Below the pieces are notes generated by a model. That model made no database searches and was not told the DNA's origin. It was given only the letters and a program-made list of their open reading frames with translations. Made by a program: the position numbers and the translations under genes. A DNA stretch of 64,000 nucleotides from Paramecium tetraurelia. Taxonomy: Eukaryota. The stretch spans positions 62,001-126,000 of the forward strand of contig CT868629.1 in NCBI GenBank assembly GCA_000165425.1. The letters run 5' to 3'. Shown piece by piece: positions 60,201 to 64,000 of this stretch; position 1 is the first letter of the stretch, and every line of letters starts with the position of its first letter.

Positions 60201-62520
60201 TAGTTTTTATTAGAAAGGAATCTTTTCAATACAGAATTTATGAAGTTTATTTTAGACTTGAGTGATTTTGTGAATAATGACAATGCAAATGTGATAATAG
60301 AAATTCTCATTCGATTCAACTATGATCTATTGGCTCGTTCTTATGATAACTCAATTTCAGAACAATTCAACACAAAGATCCTACAATTAATCTAATAATA
60401 TCCAAATAGCAATTATCTTGATTTGATCTACTTTGGCAAATAAACTAAAGTATAGGATCTACTACTCGTTTGTCCAGAATCCAGGACTAGGAAATACTTT
60501 GGCAAATTGTTGTCTACTTTGTTCAATCAAGCAATTCAAATTCAAGGGGAAATCACAGAGAAAATAGGAGAGGGTTTGAATTAATTGTTCTTAATGCTCT
60601 AAGATCAAGTACCCAAGAATTGGACTCGATTTGATTAGTATTTCCAATTCTGGTTGGACTTTCTTTAAGAAGGCAAACTCTAAGTGCAATATTGTTTGGA
60701 AAAGGATATGATTCTGTACATGATTGATTTCATCCTTGACAAGAGCAGTCCATTGTAGTTGTATGAGAAGAAAACTTAAATGGGAAATGCATACTTCCCT
60801 ATCAATTGCTAGATTCCTATGCAAATTATAAGCACTCTCCTTTAACAAAATCATCAACTCACTCTTCAAGAGAAGAAATTGCTCTACTCACCCAAGTTCT
60901 ATGACAAGGCTCTGAAGAGTGCTAAAATTGAGGAACTGACACCAATCATTCTGAAATTTGCATACAATAACAGGTACTTCTCAGAAATAATAACTGGCTG
61001 CATTATGAGAGGACTTGGAGGTGGTGATTCTGATGAATTCAAAAACTACCTCTAAATAGCCAAACCCTTCTTATTGATTAAGGATAATCTTCAGGTTGAG
61101 CGATTAGAATGGTTAGTGGGAATCCCTTCATCTAAATAGAAGGAATCAGCCAAAGTGTATGATAATTAATTCGTTGAGTATCCACAATTCGGTCTTTATG
61201 GATTGACAAGCCTAGAGGAAGATTATTGGACATTTTCGAGTCCATTGGGATGGTAAAATAGTCTCTTTGATCAGTTCTGTTCTAATAGAACAACTAAGAA
61301 TTTGGATAATCAATGTTTACTCATCCTCAAACTATTGTTGATGATTAGTCTTGAATGTGAGACCTGCTTTGATTACATCTCCAAACTGCCTTGTGTTAAC
61401 TATCAATATGTAAATATTATCATTTTTCATAGAAATACATGGAGGAGATCTTCAAAGCCTTCATTGAAACCTACCAAGTAGATACCAAACGATTCTATTC
61501 TGCATTTCCTCGAAAACAAGAAACCGAAGAAACTAAGGCTTATTTGGATTAGTATTGCAATAAGCTGTCCTGTGCGAAGCATGTTTGCCAGCAATCTATT
61601 CTATTACATAATCNNNNNNNNNNNNNNNNNNNNNNNNNNNNNNNNNNNNNNNNNNNNNNNNNNNNNNNNNNNNNNNNNNNNNNNNNNNNNNNNNNNNNNN
61701 NNNNNNNNNNNNNNNNNNNNNNNNNNNNNNNNNNNNNNNNNNNNNNNNNNNNNNNNNNNNNNNCAAAAAATAAGGCTTATTTGGATTAGTATTGCAATAA
61801 GCTTTCCTAAATTCACAATGAATTTTAGCCTCAATTCGATTACATAATCGGAAAATCTATTGAGGTGACCAGAGTCAGAAAAACTTATTTCTTGTACAAT
61901 CCTTGCACCAAGGAGGAGATGCAAATAGATGAAGGATCTGAAGGATTTGTTGAAATCAAACAGTAAATTGAAGAGGGCAATCAACACAAAGTTCTTACTA
62001 TGGAAGTAATTTTTGTCATTTAAATTTATTAAAGGAGAAAATATACAAAACTCATATTTGTGACAATTTGCCAAATGGAACCACTAACGAGGCCTTGCCT
62101 GCATAATATGTCAAAGGAACTTAAATCCATAATTATTCTGTGGATCCCAATTGTTAGGCTGCCAATTTCATTCAATCGAAAGCCTGGAGTACTGACAGCG
62201 ATGACAAAGCCATAGTGACTAACCCCAGAATCGCTGATTCTGTTAAATAGATTCAACTCCAGAATCACACTAATAGAAATCTACATGTTATCTTAGAAAT
62301 CAAAGGTGAACCCAATCCTTGCCATTACATTCCCAAATCAAAAATCCAATCACTTATGAGTTCTAAGAGTTCGACCACAATGTTCACAGCAATTAAACAC
62401 AATTGTACTTAAGAATTCCCGCCTCTGCAATTGACATTAGTGCATAAAAAATAAGAACCTAGACAAGACTCTTACCTATATTTATCGTCTTAGGATGAAA
62501 TGAATTTGGAATTATTATGA
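54258..62520 (+). CDS. Large ubiquitin-specific protease (USP9/24/34-like), spanning an assembly gap
   Basis: Cys box GIRNLRCICYMNAMLQQF (~59050), QQDAQEF, LPNVLIVHLQR, His box VHLGTADVGHYFSYI...WLEFND (~59800) and SAYMLIYEK. The frame resumes after the gap and runs to NLELL-TGA. Confidence 0.9.
61614..61763. other. Assembly gap (150 N)
   Basis: Run of N, with the flanks duplicating each other. Confidence 0.99.
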
Positions 62521-62632
62521 TATATATATAAAAAATATATATAATATGATTTGAATCAAGATTATTTGTACTGATTGAATAAGGAGTATAAAATATATTA
62601 AATTTCGTTTGTTTAATGATGTACAAAAGTGG

Positions 62633-62743
62633 GGGGGTCTTTCGACCTCTAAAAATTTATGTAAGTCACCGGTATGAGCCCAACCCACGGTAATCTTTAG
62701 TAAAAGGCGAAAAATTAGCACGTTATAGGGTGAGCTCGGTGAT
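62633..62743 (-). ncRNA. U5 spliceosomal snRNA
   Basis: Minus strand ATCACCGAGCTCACCC...TTTTTCGCCTTTTACTAAAGA...GGGTTGGGCTC..CCGGTGA: invariant loop I GCCUUUUAC, long 5' stem, Sm site AAUUUUUAG and 3' hairpin GGUC-GAAA-GACC. Confidence 0.93.
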
Positions 62744-62797
62744 GAATGACTTATATATTAATTGTAATTTTCTTAAATATTAAATCAAATTTTATAG

Positions 62798-62809
62798 TTT
62801 TATGGGTTT
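62798..62809 (-). promoter_or_regulatory. Ciliate snRNA upstream sequence element
   Basis: AAACCCATAAAA about 55-66 nt upstream of the U5 start, matching the ACCCATAAA element described upstream of ciliate snRNA genes. Confidence 0.7.
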
Positions 62810-62836
62810 TAATTAAATATATATATAAATTAAATT

Positions 62837-64000
62837 TCAAACTACATAATTTCTTCCTTCCCTTTTTTTTTATTGTTTTCCTTTATAGAAATTGTGTGAT
62901 TCAGTACCAACACTTTCCTCGTAAGAAGAAACACTAAATCTGCAGCGATGTGGCTTTTGTTTAGTTATAACATGAAAACCATTAATTTACTATTCAAAAT
63001 CGATAAGAGAATCAGTCATATAACTTCTACTGTTTTCGTTGATATTTGAGGAATCAAGCATGGGATTTTGCAAATTCTTCTATTCAGCTGCCTCAAAATC
63101 CACAAAGTTAAAAGCTTGTTAGGTTTATTTTTTCAAGGCGGACTTACCCCTAACAGATTAATTCTGACTGTATTCGCGATGAGTGGATTAAGGAAGGTAG
63201 ATCACAGGACATTAATTGGGACTGTCATCGGTTTCATCCTAAAACTTAAGTTTCCTCTGTCCTCTGACTGTAATGTATTTAGTAGCTTCCAATTGTATAT
63301 ACTATTCATAATTCTCCTATTCCAAAGACACTTAATGCTGACAACCCTCCATCTATTAGTTAGTATCATTATATTCACTCTCCTCTTCACTATCATAGAC
63401 AAAATACTTCTTTTTGAGACTATTAGGAGAAAGGATATTATTCTATATCTTGGCAATTGTTTTGATGGCATAAGTTCTGAGAGTTCGGTATATCATCAAC
63501 AAAAAGAGATACTCCTAGAGAATATTGAAGTTCCCTTTGATGTGCATCTAGTCATAGATATGTTCCCTTCTATCGAGGATATCCTTAGAAATATTACTAA
63601 ATTTAATACTATTCTTTTGTAATGTAATCTGAAACGTACGTCTTTGTCGATTTGTTTAATAGCCTCTATGCTTTCAGGTGTTCCTGTTCTGAAGATTTAG
63701 TTTCTATACACAAATCGAATGGTTTCATAGAGAACCTCTTAAAAGTGGATGTACCCATTCTGATCCGCTCTAATTTTGAAATTGGAGGCACTTTTGGCTG
63801 CATCCCAAATGTTGTCTCCAATGGCTGACCCTAGAGGAGGTCCTAGTTCTAGTAAAAAGTTAGCTAGATGTTTGGAGTGCATCTATTTTCCTTTGGTTTC
63901 AGATGAGTACTTACACCAAACTGTTCTGAAGGGATCGATGTTTTCGATATACGTTTACAAAACACTATTTTGAGAATGGAAAAACTCTTAATAATACTAA
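62837..64000 (-). CDS. C-terminal part of a voltage-gated Ca2+/Na+ channel alpha subunit (5' end outside window)
   Basis: After the S6 end VLLQEF: FRTVWCKY...HLANFLLELGPPLG and NGYIHFQEVLYETIR, the EF-hand-like/PPLG C-terminal module of four-domain channels. Confidence 0.8.

Noticed and set aside
61534..61850. 33-nt exact repeat (taaggcttatttggattagtattgcaataagct) plus a degenerate continuation on both sides of the N-gap
   Set aside because: The pre-gap copy is colinear with the post-gap copy but noisy. This fits overlapping contig ends with a low-quality read tail, not a real duplication or insertion.

Overview
AT-rich, gene-dense eukaryotic DNA that reads as a ciliate macronuclear chromosome, most likely Paramecium. 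TAA/TAG occur throughout conserved domains and must encode Gln, TGA is the only stop, introns are about 20-33 nt GT..AG, and intergenic spacers are often under 60 nt. The supplied ORF track uses the wrong code and fragments every gene. Re-read with translation table 6, the window holds about 35 protein genes, including an HSF, a TH1-AGC kinase, RecQ4, a channel-type adenylyl cyclase, RPS25, RidA, Ykt6, thioredoxin, MZT1, a CDKL kinase, a large USP and the 3' end of a Cav/Nav-type channel. It also holds tRNA-Thr(CGT), tRNA-Arg(TCT), a U5 snRNA with an upstream element, and one 150-N gap. The most striking feature is five MGxC-acylated, EF-hand-bearing CDPK-shaped pseudokinases that lack the catalytic Lys, the HRD and an intact DFG. 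Two of them each sit directly upstream of a VHS...alpha-adaptin-ear-like adaptor gene, forming an ancient inverted two-gene cassette with shared intron positions. CDS coordinates are ATG-to-TGA spans including introns, read by eye.
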